Below are positions 28,115 through 41,085 of a DNA stretch of 64,000 nucleotides, piece after piece. The position numbers and the translations under genes were made by a program. Each line of letters opens with the position of its first letter. Within the stretch, counting starts at the first letter, position 1. The stretch covers positions 48,732,001 to 48,796,000 of the forward strand of contig NC_043008.1 of the NCBI RefSeq assembly GCF_006345805.1, read 5' to 3'. Source of the DNA: Octopus sinensis (lineage: Eukaryota). The notes beneath the pieces are model-generated. The model was not told the DNA's origin. It saw nothing but the letters and a program-made list of their open reading frames with translations, and ran no database searches.

Positions 28115-28115
<1 letters not shown>
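27010..28115 (+). mobile_element. Older, heavily decayed copy of the same PHD-containing RTE LINE family
   Basis: Patchy translation: LGVDEWLV..VMQAMYRGA, VYQGSFLS.LL, YDDDL (YADD-like), GKWLC...NSI*CSLCKAWMCKRCGGIVGRL, EVVGSFC*FGDL.SSGG, and C-terminal PKKT*DKMVKTD. Confidence 0.7.
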
Positions 28116-28163
<48 letters not shown>

Positions 28164-28939
28164 AAATACATGCTGACACTTTGCTGTCCTTGTTACTATT
28201 GGAAACAGAATGAAGCTGTGATTGGTCTACAAGAAATATTGTAACCAACAATTCAGTTGATGCAGTCAGTCACAAATTGTGACATAAAAATAAATAGAAA
28301 TGTGAGGCCCCAAAAGGCAACATGAAATGTTGACAAAGGTGGGCTCCCATATATTCACAGTTTGCAAACAAAATTCTGATGGTGTCGTAATCAAGTCAAT
28401 CATGTTGAAAAGATGTCTTTTCATTTCTGTAGCAATGTTATAGATAAGACATAAACATATTTCCCCCTCTGTTGGCTCATTCATTGACATATATATTATT
28501 ATTATTATTATTGTTATTATTTTATGTCTGTATACAAACTATATACCATAATTGTCATCTAATTTCCAGTATGATGATGATGATGATGGGAACACCAAAG
28601 ACTGAACTAATTGTAATCAGCGTCAATATGTCAGATGTACATTATATAATTTCTAACTTCAATAAACAAGGTGAACAAATTAATGAAATTGGAAAGAAAA
28701 ACCAAACAATTCAAGACATCATTTAATACTGCCATTAATTTTGTTGTTTTTCTGTGAATGCTATGACACCAACCTCTAAGCTACAGAGACAAACTATATT
28801 TATCAGAGAAGATGGAGGAAGACAATTGTTTCAATAAGAAAACTGCCACAGAAAATGACAATTAATGCAAATACACAGCAGTAGATAACAATAGGCTGAT
28901 AGAGATGTTTCTGAAACATGAGAGATGTAATTGTTCTCC

Positions 28940-29496
28940 ATTTTCAAAGAGGCTGAGAAGTATAACAATGAAAGAGAGAGAGAGGAGAAAAAGAAACTCT
29001 GCTTTGACAGTACTCAACCAGAGTTCAAATGATCAAGACAGACCCCTAAAAATCCCAACACTGGTTGCAGTGCTGAAAGGTACTATGTGATCACTCGACT
29101 TGTTAAAACTAGCAGCTTAAAATTCCCGAAATCCCATTGTTGGACCAAGGCTGACACAAGGTTAAACGACCATAATTTAACAACACTAAGGTCTCTAGCT
29201 CAAATTCAGTGTCCTACCAAGACTAAATGCTTACAGAACTAAAGTCTGTCTGTAAGATCAATATATATCAAATATCTAAATCACTATAAGATCAATAGTT
29301 TTTGATTGAATTTCTGAGATGAGGAATTAGTTTGACCTACTGATTTATCTGGGCTAAGATGATGGCACTAGTCTGAATAAATTTTTAGGGGTCTGTCTTG
29401 ATTATTTGAACTCTGGTTGATCTCCAATCCTGTCTGCTCGGTGATTCTTTTTCTCCCCTCTTTTTCATTGTTATACTTCTCAGCCTCTTTGAAAAT
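28940..29496. repeat. ~115-bp inverted repeat pair (28940-29053 / 29381-29496)
   Basis: ATTTTCAAAGAGGCTGAGAAGTATAACAATGAAA and TCAACCAGAGTTCAAATRATCAAGACAGACCCCTAAAAAT match in reverse complement, with a diverged middle. Confidence 0.85.
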
Positions 29497-30171
29497 AATA
29501 AAGACCAACGTATGTTTAGCAAAAAAAAAACATGTTATAAAACAGACATTTTGTAATAGTTGTGATATATGTTGAGAGCAGAAAGAAACAGTTGACTCCC
29601 TCATTGGGTGTTTCTGATATCAGCTCACCTGAGTCATTGTTCTTTGAGTCATAAACACCTGTCTTAAAGTGCTTTTAATTGAATTAAAAGCTCCCATTAC
29701 AATTCTATGTAAAAACTTAAAAGAGCTTAATATACCATTAAAAAGTTTGTCATTTTACTAAATGAATTTAGTAAATTTTTTATTATTTTCAAATTATTTG
29801 AAAGACAGAGGCATGTGGTTTCCAAAAAAAGGTTAAGGAAAACAAGCAAAAAGAGAAAAAGAAACAAAAACCCTGAGTAAACTGACATTCACAACAGAGT
29901 AGGCAGCTACAGGCACTGGAAATTGTGCCAACAGCATAAATTGGCAAACAGATGGTATAAATGCATGCCATAGACAGTGTCCAAAAATGGAAGAGGAAGA
30001 AGAATTTGGGACATGTCTACATATACAGACAGAAATGGAGAAGAAAAGTTCCCTGATGTTGTTCACAGACATACTGACAAAATAGCATTTGCTTACCGAT
30101 AGAGGTTTTAAAACCTAGCGCAATAAAATATATTTCCATGCAAGACCTAAAAAAATTGTCCAAGAATAAGG

Positions 30172-30460
30172 AGAATCAAACTCGGAATCTTGGGGTTAGT
30201 AGCTCGCGCTCTTAACCACTACACAATATGCCCATAGGCTTATTAACCACAAGATTCTGAGTTTAATTCCAAGCAGTGACCTGAATAATGATAATAATAA
30301 TAATATCAAAAAAATACTTTAGGAATGAGAACCCAGATTCAAAATTTTCTCAAGATACCTGATAAAGGCTGGAGAGTATATCAGCCGAAACGTTGTGTTA
30401 ACAACAAACAAGATGAGGACAAACATCCGTCAAATGTAAATAATGTAAATAATTTCTCAT
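30172..30460 (+). mobile_element. Composite tRNA-headed, hammerhead-bearing SINE-like element, locus A (reverse head joined head-to-head to a forward unit)
   Basis: Reverse tRNA-like head ~30172-30236, then a forward unit with partly deleted head ...AAGATTCTGAGTTTAATTCCAAGCAGTGACC, an (AAT)n linker, AGGAATGAGAACCCAG, the hammerhead, and an (AATGTAAAT)n tail. Same organisation as 52880-53298. Confidence 0.75.
30354..30399 (+). ncRNA. Minimal type I hammerhead ribozyme motif (G8A variant)
   Basis: GATAC-CTGATAA-A-GGCTG-gagagtatat-CAGCC-GAAA-CG-TT-GTGTT: stem I, core, 5-bp stem II, GAAA, palindromic ACGT stem III, GUU cleavage triplet. Confidence 0.7.
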
Positions 30461-31799
30461 CGCTTATTCAAGATGATGTTATGACATTTTGGGTCTTAAA
30501 AAAATTGAAAAAACTAAAACAATTTTGAGACCCAGCAGGTACGAGGCTATGGTGAACAACAGGTTCATGTGGTTACAAGTTCAAACCTAACAACAATCAG
30601 AATGTTGCACTTGTCTTGGCTGTAATTACTTTACAAATAAACAGTAAGCACTAAAGGAAGTACCCAGTATTTGGAGACCAAAATTGTTTCAGTGTCTCTT
30701 GACAGCATCACTCTTCTTGGGGTGAAATAATGTAGGAGCAAAAAGGGAAAATTTGGACTTTCACAACCCAAACAAGGAACTACTTTCACCATTTTTCACA
30801 AAGAACTTTCTCAAACCAATATCAGCTTCTTCTATTGAAACGTATTGAAGTCTCATATTTTGCCGTGTTTTTTAAGCTGGTTCTTCACCCTCACTCGACC
30901 TCCATCTTATTCTCAAACCTCACAGGACATTCTTCCTTTGCCTTCACATCTTCTTGAACAACTAAATATCCATAATACTCCTCCTCTGCTACCAAGCGCA
31001 TTTACTTCCATCCTCATGCACCACATGATACCCTAACATCAACCGACTACTTTCAAATATGTGAATGTCCAAATTAGGAAGGGGGGAGATAAACCCCCCT
31101 CCACCACCATCACAAGCATATAGAATATCATTAAAATAACAACATTAATAACACAGCAATGTTGACAGAGTCAAAGATACTGGTTCCACAGTCACTATTG
31201 AACTTTTGATCATTTCAAATAAAAGCCTACACCATTCTTGCCTAAATATTTATTAGCAAATATTTAAATGCTAATCTATGAAAACACAAAAAATATTGGC
31301 CATTATTATTATTATTATTATTATTATTAAATAATAATAATGATAATAATAATAATCAGTCATCTCACTTTTATGGTGTACTTTCACTGCACTACCAGCC
31401 ACAGCTCTGTTAGCTTTGCCTTTCATCCTTCTGAGTTGAAACAATGAAGGATCAGTCAAGTACTGAATTAATTTAACTGACAACCAAAATTACTAACATT
31501 GGCCTTATGCCTGTATTAGAAATTATCATTATTATTATTTTCATTATTATAAAGGCAACAACTGGCAGAAGCATTCTCTTGGCTCTTTATGCTCTGAGTT
31601 CAAATTCCACTGAGGTCAATTTTGCCTTTCATCCTTTCAAGGTTGATAAAACAAGTGTCAAACAAGTACTGGGGTTGATGGTATCCACTTGCCATCTCCT
31701 CTCATAAAACTACTGTCCTTGCGCCTAGATTAGAGAAAACTATTAATAGAGTTTCTGAAATTACAAAAGAAAGGAAGAAGCATCGCCAAAGTGACTGTA

Positions 31800-32781
31800 C
31801 TACATGGTGTAGGTTTTGTCTGTCAGAGCCACAGGCACTAATGGTGACACACTTCTCCCATCCCATCACTTTATGCAACTGTGAAGACCTCATCTGTAAG
31901 AGTCAGTGGGTTGCGTCTGGAGCTAAGACTTTACCTCAGAAATAAGGTCATCATCTCCTGAAAAGTGCTTCTCCTTCAAAAAAGACTTCATGGTTGGAAA
32001 GAGGTGGAAGTCAAATGGTAAGAGGTCACAAGAGTAAGGGGGTGAGGAAGGATTTCATAGCTGCAGGACTATGCTTTCATCTGGGCAACAGGCACATTGT
32101 GAACGAGGGCATTGTCTGGGAGGAGGCAGACTCCTTTGGTCAGCATACTACACCTCTATGCTTTGATGGCGTCCAGCAATTTCTGCAGCAGAGAAGCAAA
32201 ACATGCCTCATTAACTGTGGTGCCCTTTGCCAGAAAATCCATCATCACTACACCATGCTGGTCCCAAAAGACTGAGCATCACCTTGCCTGCTCAAGGTTG
32301 AACATGAGCCTTCTTTGGAGGTGGTGAGTTATCATGTTTCCATTGCTTCAACTGGACTTTAGTCTCAGGATTATAGTAATGGACCCTCCAAAATGGCAAC
32401 TTCCATTTTATGGATGGTGTCATCATCCAGGAATAGGAGCAGTTTCCACCAATGTCCGACCACATCTGAACTGGTGATGCCAGTGCTTGATTACATCGTA
32501 TGATGTTGCATCGTCACCATAAACTTCTTTCATTTGATCGAAAGTCTCTTTTGGTGTTCGACCTTTCAAGTATAAGAACCTGATCACTGATCTGCATTGA
32601 ACTGCCTCCATTATAACACCTAAGTCCACTTCAGAAATTATAAAAGACAAACAAATACAAGCAGAAAACTGTAATTTACAATATGACATGTAGAGACATG
32701 TATGATTATACCTGTACAAGTTCCATTTCCTGCAATAACCGTAAGTGGGTCAGGGGAAATCTTTAATGAACAAGCCTTGTA
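31800..32781 (-). mobile_element. Decayed mariner transposon fragment
   Basis: HTH_48-like RSVIRFLYLKGRTPKETFDQMKEVYGDDA (32423-32719), then VFWDQHGVVMMDFL, LLPDNA and HP-(frameshift)-YSCDLLPFDFHLFPTMK. TIR-like TACAAGGCTTGTTCATTAAAGATTTCCCCTGAC at the 32781 end; the other end was not found. Confidence 0.85.
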
Positions 32782-33473
32782 TTTAGTTCATAAGTTTGCT
32801 TCAGACATCACAGCCAAGGTCATGCTGGAGCACCACAACCAAATTCTTTAGTGTCTTACATACAGCGCTTCTTGCAGCCACAGATAAGATATTAACTTTC
32901 TCCTATCATTAATAGTTTGGCTAATATAAGTCTTGTGAAAAATACTATGATGGTCATAGTTAAGATTTGAACTCATCATCATAAAGTTACTAGCTCAACA
33001 TTTTAAACATATAATCATGATAGATACATTATTATGGAATGATTTAATATTGGATATTACAAACACTAATTGGAGACAGAAAAGATAAAGAGACTCCTAA
33101 TGAGAATAGTTGTCCCAGCTCCCTTCCACGTGTTCCAAATTGATGTTATAATATCCAGCATCATATATAATTAGGCTGGGCTGTGATGTTCATACATTTC
33201 CCAATGGCATTTAGCAAAGCAAGTGAAATAGTTACAAATAGGAAACAGACCTAAGTTACACTACAGTGTTCCCCCACTGGTGTGTGTGTGTGTGTGTGTG
33301 TGTCTGTGCACGTGTGTAGAATGTATGACTGAAAGAAAATAGCTTCCTTTGGAAATTAAAAGTAGGTCATGAACTCAGATTGCCCAGAGCTTACAAACTT
33401 GGACTTATTGTATGGTACTTGCCACATACATAGTATATATAGGTTATTTATTACTGTTAGGCATGCGTGTGCA

Positions 33474-33515
<42 letters not shown>

Positions 33516-35229
33516 TGAGTTCCGGCTGTCTGTAATAATGTGTTAAGATTCATGAGCCACTGACATTTTTCACTGGTGGCTTTTATTACTTTCCTCTTGT
33601 CCAGTACTTTTAATCAGTCAGGTTACACTGACCTCACTTCCAACAAGGCAAATAACCAACTTGGCACACTTTCCATCATCATCATTATTATCATTATCAT
33701 TATCATTATCATCATCATCATCATCGTCGTGGATGTTGTTGCTGTTATTTGTCTGTATGTCACATCTGGTAACAACAACCTAGAAAGATTTGTCAGACAG
33801 CTGCTTGGTGAACTGCAGGGTGAGTGGCGGGGCTGGAAGTTTGAGAATGGCATAAGATTTAGCCAGTACGAGGAGAAGGTGTAATATGATATGGCAACAT
33901 TATTAAATGGATGTAAATTTAAATATAAACTGCAATGGAGACTACAAACAGGCTGAGAAATAGCAGCTATCGTAGCTGAAGTACCTGAAACTATGTGAAT
34001 TACTGTAATTAATATCAGTCAAAAGAGACTCATACAATTATAAAATACAAGTCTTTAATAACCTACTCTAGATATTGTTTTCTTTTTTTTAAATTAAAAA
34101 AACAATCTAAAGTGTTTTAAAGAACAGATTGTTTTAGTAAAACAGGCAATATTGTGTGCTGTGTGACTGACTCGAAACAAGGTGCTACTGTTTTGTCATG
34201 TTTGTTTGTATGATTGATTATAGGTTCATTGTCTGCTCTGCTATCTCAGAAATGAGGATATCCAGCCCAACCCTCAGTTGCCGGCAATGTCATCATCATA
34301 TCCACTTATGGCAGCAAGGAAAACAAAATGACAGCAACTATGGTGATGGTGAGATCTTACAGACAATAAAAATGAAAGCACCACCATCAGCATCGTTTAA
34401 TGTCTGCTTTCCATGCTGGCATGGATTGGATGGTGTGACTGAAAACTGGTAGGCCGCAGGGCTGCACCAGGTTCCAATCTGATCTGATTTGTCAAGGTTT
34501 CTAAGACTGAATGCCCTTCCTAATGCCAACCAATCCAAAAGTGGAGTCGGTGTTTTTTTATGAGCCATAACTACAGTCTCCCTTGGCTTGACAGGTCAAC
34601 GTAAGTACGGTATGTCGCCAAGGCTTTTGGTCACCTGTCACTGCCTCCATGAGGCCCAATGCTCGAAAAGTGCTTTTTACATACCATCGGTATGGGTGCC
34701 AGTCAGACGGCACTGGCACCGTCCACAACAATGTTTTCACTCAGTTCAACAGGTCTTCCCAAGCACAGCATATTGCCCAATGATTGAAGGGTGCTTCTAA
34801 CAGTCCAGTTACACAGCACTGGCATTAGCCATGACTACGATCGCACTTGGCTTGGTGTTGACCAAATTATAAACTATCTCCTCCACATGGAGGACTTTGT
34901 TTACAAAGAACCCAGCTGAAGAACCTACCAAAAGTTGTTCATGAATTCTACCAAGAAAACAGAAAATGTACCAAAACTAGTGAAAGTCCAATTAACTAAA
35001 GCTGAAAACATTAAATTAGATCCAGGTATCAAAAATCAGAGAATTAGAACAGAACCACACACACACACAAATAGTTTGGTGCAGGAACAACACAGCTATA
35101 AATAGTTAGGTGTACATACAACAGAATCACACATATAAATAGTTAGGTCTACATACAACACACAGAAATTTAACACAACTGTATTATTCAATGCTAGAAA
35201 TAAGATGATATATTATAAATACATTAGCC

Positions 35230-36520
35230 ATATTACAGCTTCAGCATAAACTGAAAGATTAGTGAACTGAAAAGCTTAAACTACCTATTAACAGCATTCT
35301 GGAGCTACCAGCTCAAAGCAGATATATCTATTGCATACACTATACTAGAGACAACTAATATAAAATAACAACAGTGGGACCAGAGAAATATTTAGCAGCA
35401 AGCAAATGGAAACTGATTAGTGTTAAATAAAGGAACACAAAGAAAATCAATTTCTCTCTATCTCCAAAAATAAAATACAAACTAGAAGACAACTGTATGG
35501 AAGGAGAAGATTTAAATTAGGAGAATACTTGAGAAGAGGTTTAAATGAAATAACAAAGAATAAAATAACAAAAATAAATTCCACAATATTCCAGAGAAGA
35601 ACTACACCCTGTAAGATTTATCAAGAAGAAAGTAAACTAAAATAAAAACTAAAAATGGCTCAAAACTTCTAGATTAAAATTAGGAGTAGTATGTCTTTTT
35701 AGTAGTTGAAAAGGATCACTGCCGAGCTACGAATAATTATAGGAAGAATACAATGAGAGAAGAGGCTAACCTCAACTGTTGATTATCCAATTAATAACAT
35801 AAGGCAACTGACAACACCATTTTTGGGAAACCAGTCCTTGAAAATTCTCTTTCTATTCACAGACATGATTAAGTTAGTAGTTAAGTCTACTGAGCAAAGA
35901 GTATTGACACTTTGAAATCATCATCATCATCATCGTTTAACGTCCGCTTTCCATGCTAGCATGGGTTGGACGATTTGACTGAGGACTGGCGAACCAGATG
36001 GCTGCACCAAGCTCCAATCTTGATTTAGCAGAGTTTCTACAGCTGGATGCCCTTCCTAACGCCAACCACTCCGAGAGTGTAGTGGGTGCTTTTACGTGCC
36101 ACCAGCACAGGAGCCAATAAGGCAATGCAGGTCTGAAAACAGATAAGAAATGATACAAGCATGTCCCAAACATGGTATACACCAACTGCCTGACCACAAT
36201 CATCTGGGACATGTCAGTCTAGATTGACAAAGTAATCCAGGTGAACTGTTAATACATTATCAAAAACAGGAACATCTATCTCTTCATTCATTTTAACTCG
36301 TTTTAAACAAAACAATCCCTGGAAGTATGTAAAAACAAAAAACAAAAACAAAGTCTATCAATGTAAAAGAATCTTGAAAGGGGAAAGAATAAACAAAAAC
36401 AATAACATGAGAGAGGCACCAGGTATGATATGGAAAAACATGACCAGAACATAAAAATTGTACTAGGGACTACAAATCTATATACAGCCCTAAAAAGTAG
36501 CCCAACAAGTCGCAACTGAC
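35230..36520 (+). mobile_element. Decayed R4/Dong-like non-LTR retrotransposon (restriction-like endonuclease type), interrupted by an RTE-tail copy at ~35920-36120
   Basis: 36140-36290 translates DKK*YKHVPNMVYTNCLTTIIWDMSV*IDKVIQVN, resembling the WYxHxP..V.EN..TILWD..I.TD..I.ANRPDI RLE region of R4-clade elements. Upstream SFSIN*KISEL and YKITTVGPEKYL fragments fit the post-RT region. Recognition is from memory. Confidence 0.5.
35919..36117 (-). mobile_element. Short RTE-associated repeat (GTTGGCGTTAGGAAGGGCATCCAGC...GGACGTTAAAC(GAT)n), representative of ~17 copies
   Basis: Same sequence as the 3' end of the LINE at 47490-48785. Approximate other copies: 24137-24345, 24940-25105, 26760-27000, 34385-34860, 39600-39920, 40930-41076, 52025-52210, 53850-53990, 54215-54380, 54920-55080, 59515-59715, 61965-62140. 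Confidence 0.8.
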
Positions 36521-36689
36521 ATCCAACCCAAAACACTTCTCAATTCAATACCACAACCAACACAGTCCATATTTTACCCAATTCATACAACCAACGCAAC
36601 ACTTATACACAATCACCACTCAATAACACAATCCACACAAAACACATCATTCCATCCATGACTGCCATGTTTTCCGATTTTTGTAGCTG

Positions 36690-37070
36690 GAAGAATACTA
36701 CGGTACTCCGTCGGTTATGATAATGAGGGTTCCATTTGACCCAATCAACGGAACAGCCTGCTTGTGAAATTAATGTGCAAGTGGCTGAGCACTCCACAGA
36801 CACGTGTACCCTTAACATAGTTCTTGGAAAGATTCAGCATGACACAGAGTATGACAAAGCTGGCTCCTTTGAAATACAACAGAAACAGGAAGAAAGAGCA
36901 AGAGAAAGTTGTGGTGAAAGAGTATAGTAGGGTTTGCCACCACCGGAACCTTGTGGAGCTTTAGGCATTTTCACTCAATAAACACTCACAATGCTTGGTC
37001 TGGGAATTGAAACCTGCAATCCTATGACTGCAAGTCTGCTGCCGTAACCACTGGGCCATTGTGCATCCAC
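36690..37070 (-). mobile_element. SINE family B, reverse copy
   Basis: Reverse complement of the body and head seen at 13265-13580. Confidence 0.75.
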
Positions 37071-37110
37071 ACAGGAAGAAAAACAGATGAGAGCTGTCCT
37101 AGAAATAGTT

Positions 37111-37353
37111 CAGAAGTTCTCAACCGTTTTTTGCTTCGGGACCTCTTTGATTCCTCTTTTACGCCATTCAATGTTTAGATAAAGCCATTCAGTGTTAGAT
37201 AAATCCAATTATATTTTAATAATTAAATATTAATAGTGATTGTATAAATAATTAGTTAAAATAGTTTGTGTATTGTAGAAGTATATAATCAATTTATTGC
37301 ACAATAAAATTTTAACACCAAAATCTTATGTGGACCCCACTTGAGAACCACTA
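37111..37353. mobile_element. hAT/Charlie-type MITE, second copy
   Basis: CAGAAGTTCTCAACC ... TTGAGAACCACTA; shares TTTGTGTATTGTAG and CAAAATCTTATRTGGAC with 12176-12407. Confidence 0.6.
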
Positions 37354-40349
37354 CTCTAATTCATCTCTGATCCCTATTTATTGAAGAGAAAGGACACTGT
37401 AGGTGGTTCACCCCTTCTCACAGCACAGTAAGGTTGATGCTGAGAGACAGACAGACAGAGAGGGGGAGGGGTAAAGAAGCAGATGAACAGACTTCAGTAC
37501 TTGGCTGGTATTTAATTTATTGACCTCAGAAGGATGAAAGGCAAAATTGACCGTGGTAGGATTTGAACTCAGAACACAAAGTGTGAGAATAATTACTACA
37601 AGGCATCTGTCTAACACTAACAATTGCACCAACCAACTGACCTCACGAAACATCCATGAAATACAATCCCCAACAACAAGATACAGCTCTGAACAGTAGA
37701 CACACAATACAACAGAAATACTGAGTGTATAACCAACAACACAACTGTACTACACAGCACAGAGACAATGTCACACACAGAAAGTGTTAAAAACATGATC
37801 CTAATAATTAATGATGATGATCAGGAAGTGACTAATTGTCAGATAAATGGATTCGTAATAGATAAAGCAAGATACATTTTATTGTTGTTCCTGTTAAAAA
37901 TATTCAAACCAAAAAGAAAAAAAAGAAAGAAAAAAGAAAAAGGAACCAATCAGAATGGCTGATTGAAATGTGCCAATAAAAATATTAATATTTTTATAGC
38001 TGGGGTCAGTAAATATTTCTCACCCAACACATTTCCTATCTTGAAAAATCATACAATTTTTAAAATCTGTACATTCTTAAAATATGGCCAGCTCACTTGG
38101 AATGTACATAGATGACGATGATGATGGCAACGATAATGACAATGACGATATTAATGATGACAATGATTTCTTTTATTGGCCACATTTAATGATTATTTTT
38201 ATGAAGGGACATAATAGAAAATGTCTTTATAATTGCAATTATCTTAGCGTAAAGCTGGCATTGAAATGCAGTAACCCTAATGATATGAATAATTCTTATA
38301 TAAATCACTGAATTTATGTAACAGCCTGTGTAATAACAAAAGAAGCAGGAATTGTTACAAATCAAGAAACAAAACAGCAGAACTAGTCAAAAATGGAGTA
38401 TATAAAAACCAAGAAAACCAAGCAATATGTGAAATTCAAAATTAATTGACAAGAAGATCAACAAAAGGAAACATGATTCTTTGCAAAGTAAAAGAATAAT
38501 TAAAAAGGAAGAACTAATTAACAAAGAGACTCGAGAGGAAAATAAAACAATTGAGACAAAACTGTTTCACAGGTGAGAAGTTTAAAGAGAGATAAAGAGA
38601 TGTGTTTGAATTGAGGAGACATAGAACTAAGAAGAAAGATTCTAGCAAGAGAAGAATGCAATCAAAGACACAAAAGATGAAAGGTAGCATTTAGCAGAAC
38701 CAGGAAGACATGGTCAACTACCAGGGATAATAAAATGGTACAGGCAACAATTGGAAGACACTTTAGAATTGGTCAAATTTGCAACTTTTAGATTAAACAT
38801 CCAACACCGACCTTGAATATTTCAATGCCAAGCCATCTAAAACCCATCTCTAGCTGGAGTGGTGGACAGCATAATAATTCTACTTGGAATAACCTTAAAT
38901 CACAGAAATTACACCCACTTCTCCCACATCACCTTCATGTCCCAATTCCATTTCCTCCTCCAAACTGCTGTTCACCACTGACCACACTTCCACTGCATTC
39001 ACCTCTTTTCCCCCCATATTCACCCATCTACCATAGTCATCCTTTCACTCTCACAAACTTACCCGCCCGTTTACCCTATCCAATCCTGTGGAACATTTCT
39101 TTTATGTTCATCTTCTTGTAACCTGAGGGTCTGCCCTGACACCTCTTCATCATTCTCTCTCCTTTTCCAACTGGGTTAGCCATGTATCTCCTAAAGTGCA
39201 AGAACCAGGTTTTCTGTACTTCTATCATATTTTCACCTTTCATCACCTGGCATAAAGTCACCTCTGTCAACATTACACACCCTCTTGGCTGGGGAGGGGC
39301 AAGGGATCTACCTGGTGACCACACTCATGCCAGTGCCATGTAAAAAGCACCCAATACACTCTGTAAAAGAGTTCCACAACAGGAAGGACATCCAGTTGTA
39401 TAAACGATGCCAAAGCAAACACTGAAGCTTCACATCACCCTCAGGCTCATCAGTTTCTCTCAAATTGTTCAACCCAGGCCAATATAGAAAAGGGATGTTA
39501 AATAACGATGAAGATATATCAATCCTAGTGCTTGTCTGGTGCTTATCGACTTTGAAGAGATGAAAGGCAAGGATGACTTAGATGAAATTTGAACTGAGAT
39601 GCTGGTGGCGTTAAAAAGCACCATCCGAATGTGGTCAATGCCAGCCCCTACACTGACTGGCTCCTGTGCTGGTAGCACATAAAAAGCGCCATCTGAACAT
39701 GGCCAATGCCAGTGCTGCCTCATTGGCTCCTGTGCTGGTGGCATGTAAAAAGCACCCACTACACTCTCAGAGTGGTTGGTAAAAGGAAGGGCATCCAGCT
39801 GTAGAAACTCTGCCAGATCAGATTGGAGCCTGGTGCAGCCGCTGGCTCTCCAGACCTCAGTCAAACTGTCCAACCCATGCCAGCATGTGAAACGGATATT
39901 AAATGATGATGATGATGATGCTATACATATATGGATACAGAAATTATCTACAATAAATTCCACGTAAGATGAATGAATCTTTAATAAAAGATAACAGTAG
40001 TTCATTCATACATGCCTTACTTTCAAGTCATCAGAAAAAAAAGAAAAACCTGCAAAGCAATGTGGTTTATCTTTAGTGATCTATCTTCATAACAAGGCTA
40101 ACTATTTCATTTTGGGATTTGGTTTGCAAGATTCTTTATGTGAGTTTGTGTGTTGAAACATATTCTGTTGTGTCTGGGGAGAGTCATTCTCTTTTAGTGC
40201 CTTATAATTTAACACACTCACTGGTTTCATTTCCACTCAATTACTCATTTATTTTTCTAAAATTTTCCTTGCATCTTACAACCTTTTCAATAGTTGTTGA
40301 CTGTCTGTTATCCGAGCTGTGTTCTTTTTGTTTGTTTGTGCACATGCAT

Positions 40350-40367
40350 GGGGGGGGGGGGGGGGGG
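40350..40367 (+). repeat. G18 homopolymer (G-quadruplex potential)
   Basis: 18 consecutive G residues. Confidence 0.9.
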
Positions 40368-40620
40368 TAAGTGTCTCCGTTCAGTAAACATGACTGCTGC
40401 ATGTTCTATAAAATCAGTTGTGGTGCTCAGTCATTTCACCAGAATATACTTTTGAATATCTGACCATTTCCAGTTTTATTTATGCAGCTAATTCCCTTAA
40501 AAATGGTATAAACTATGTTTATTAAATGCACTCGTTTTGTTTAAGACTTGTGCACATATAATTATATTGATACTGTAGTTATTGGCTGCTACAATAATAC
40601 ATTAATACTGTTAAGCTTAC

Positions 40621-40788
40621 CATCGTCCTGTTTATAGTTCCTATATGAAGTAACATTGTTTTGTACTTCAGCAGTTGGTCAGGGGAGATAAACAACACCT
40701 GATGAATCATTAATAGTTGCTTTCATCCTTACATCAAGCTCCAACAATCCCTTACACTCTATCAATGGCATCTATTTTCAGAATGAGG
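40621..40788 (-). other. Candidate upstream exon ending in ACGATG|GTAAGC that could supply the start codon (M-NVGKID...)
   Basis: Strong donor directly after an ATG with A at -3, phase 0 as the giant exon requires, in non-repeat-looking sequence. The acceptor (ATTTAG) is weak and other donors exist in the 40-kb upstream region. Confidence 0.2.
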
Positions 40789-41085
40789 CTAAATATATGT
40801 TTATTCAACAGATTGCATATGATTTCTGTATATACCATTAACATAATCAGAACTGCTTTCAAATGACTGATCCTCCTCTTAAAGACCAGAAGATACTTCA
40901 ACTCTACAAAGCTAAGGTGAGGTCCTATCATCATCATCATTTAGCGTCCGCTTTCCATACTAGCATGGGTTGGACGGTTCAACTGGGGTCTGGGAAACCA
41001 GAAGGCTGCACCAGGCCCAGTCTGATCTGGCAGTGTTTCTACGGCTGGATGCCCTTCCTAACGCCAACCACTCCGTGAGTCCTAT

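Noticed and set aside
30097-30146. 50-nt segment with good minus-strand acceptor (TTTTTTTAG) and donor (G|GTAAGC)
   Set aside because: The frame needed to join the giant exon contains TAG with no later ATG; it could only be a non-coding or cryptic exon.
38340-38780. A-rich coding-like stretch, possibly the 5' part of an R4-type ORF
   Set aside because: Only a vague LERKIKQLRQ resemblance; too decayed to call.
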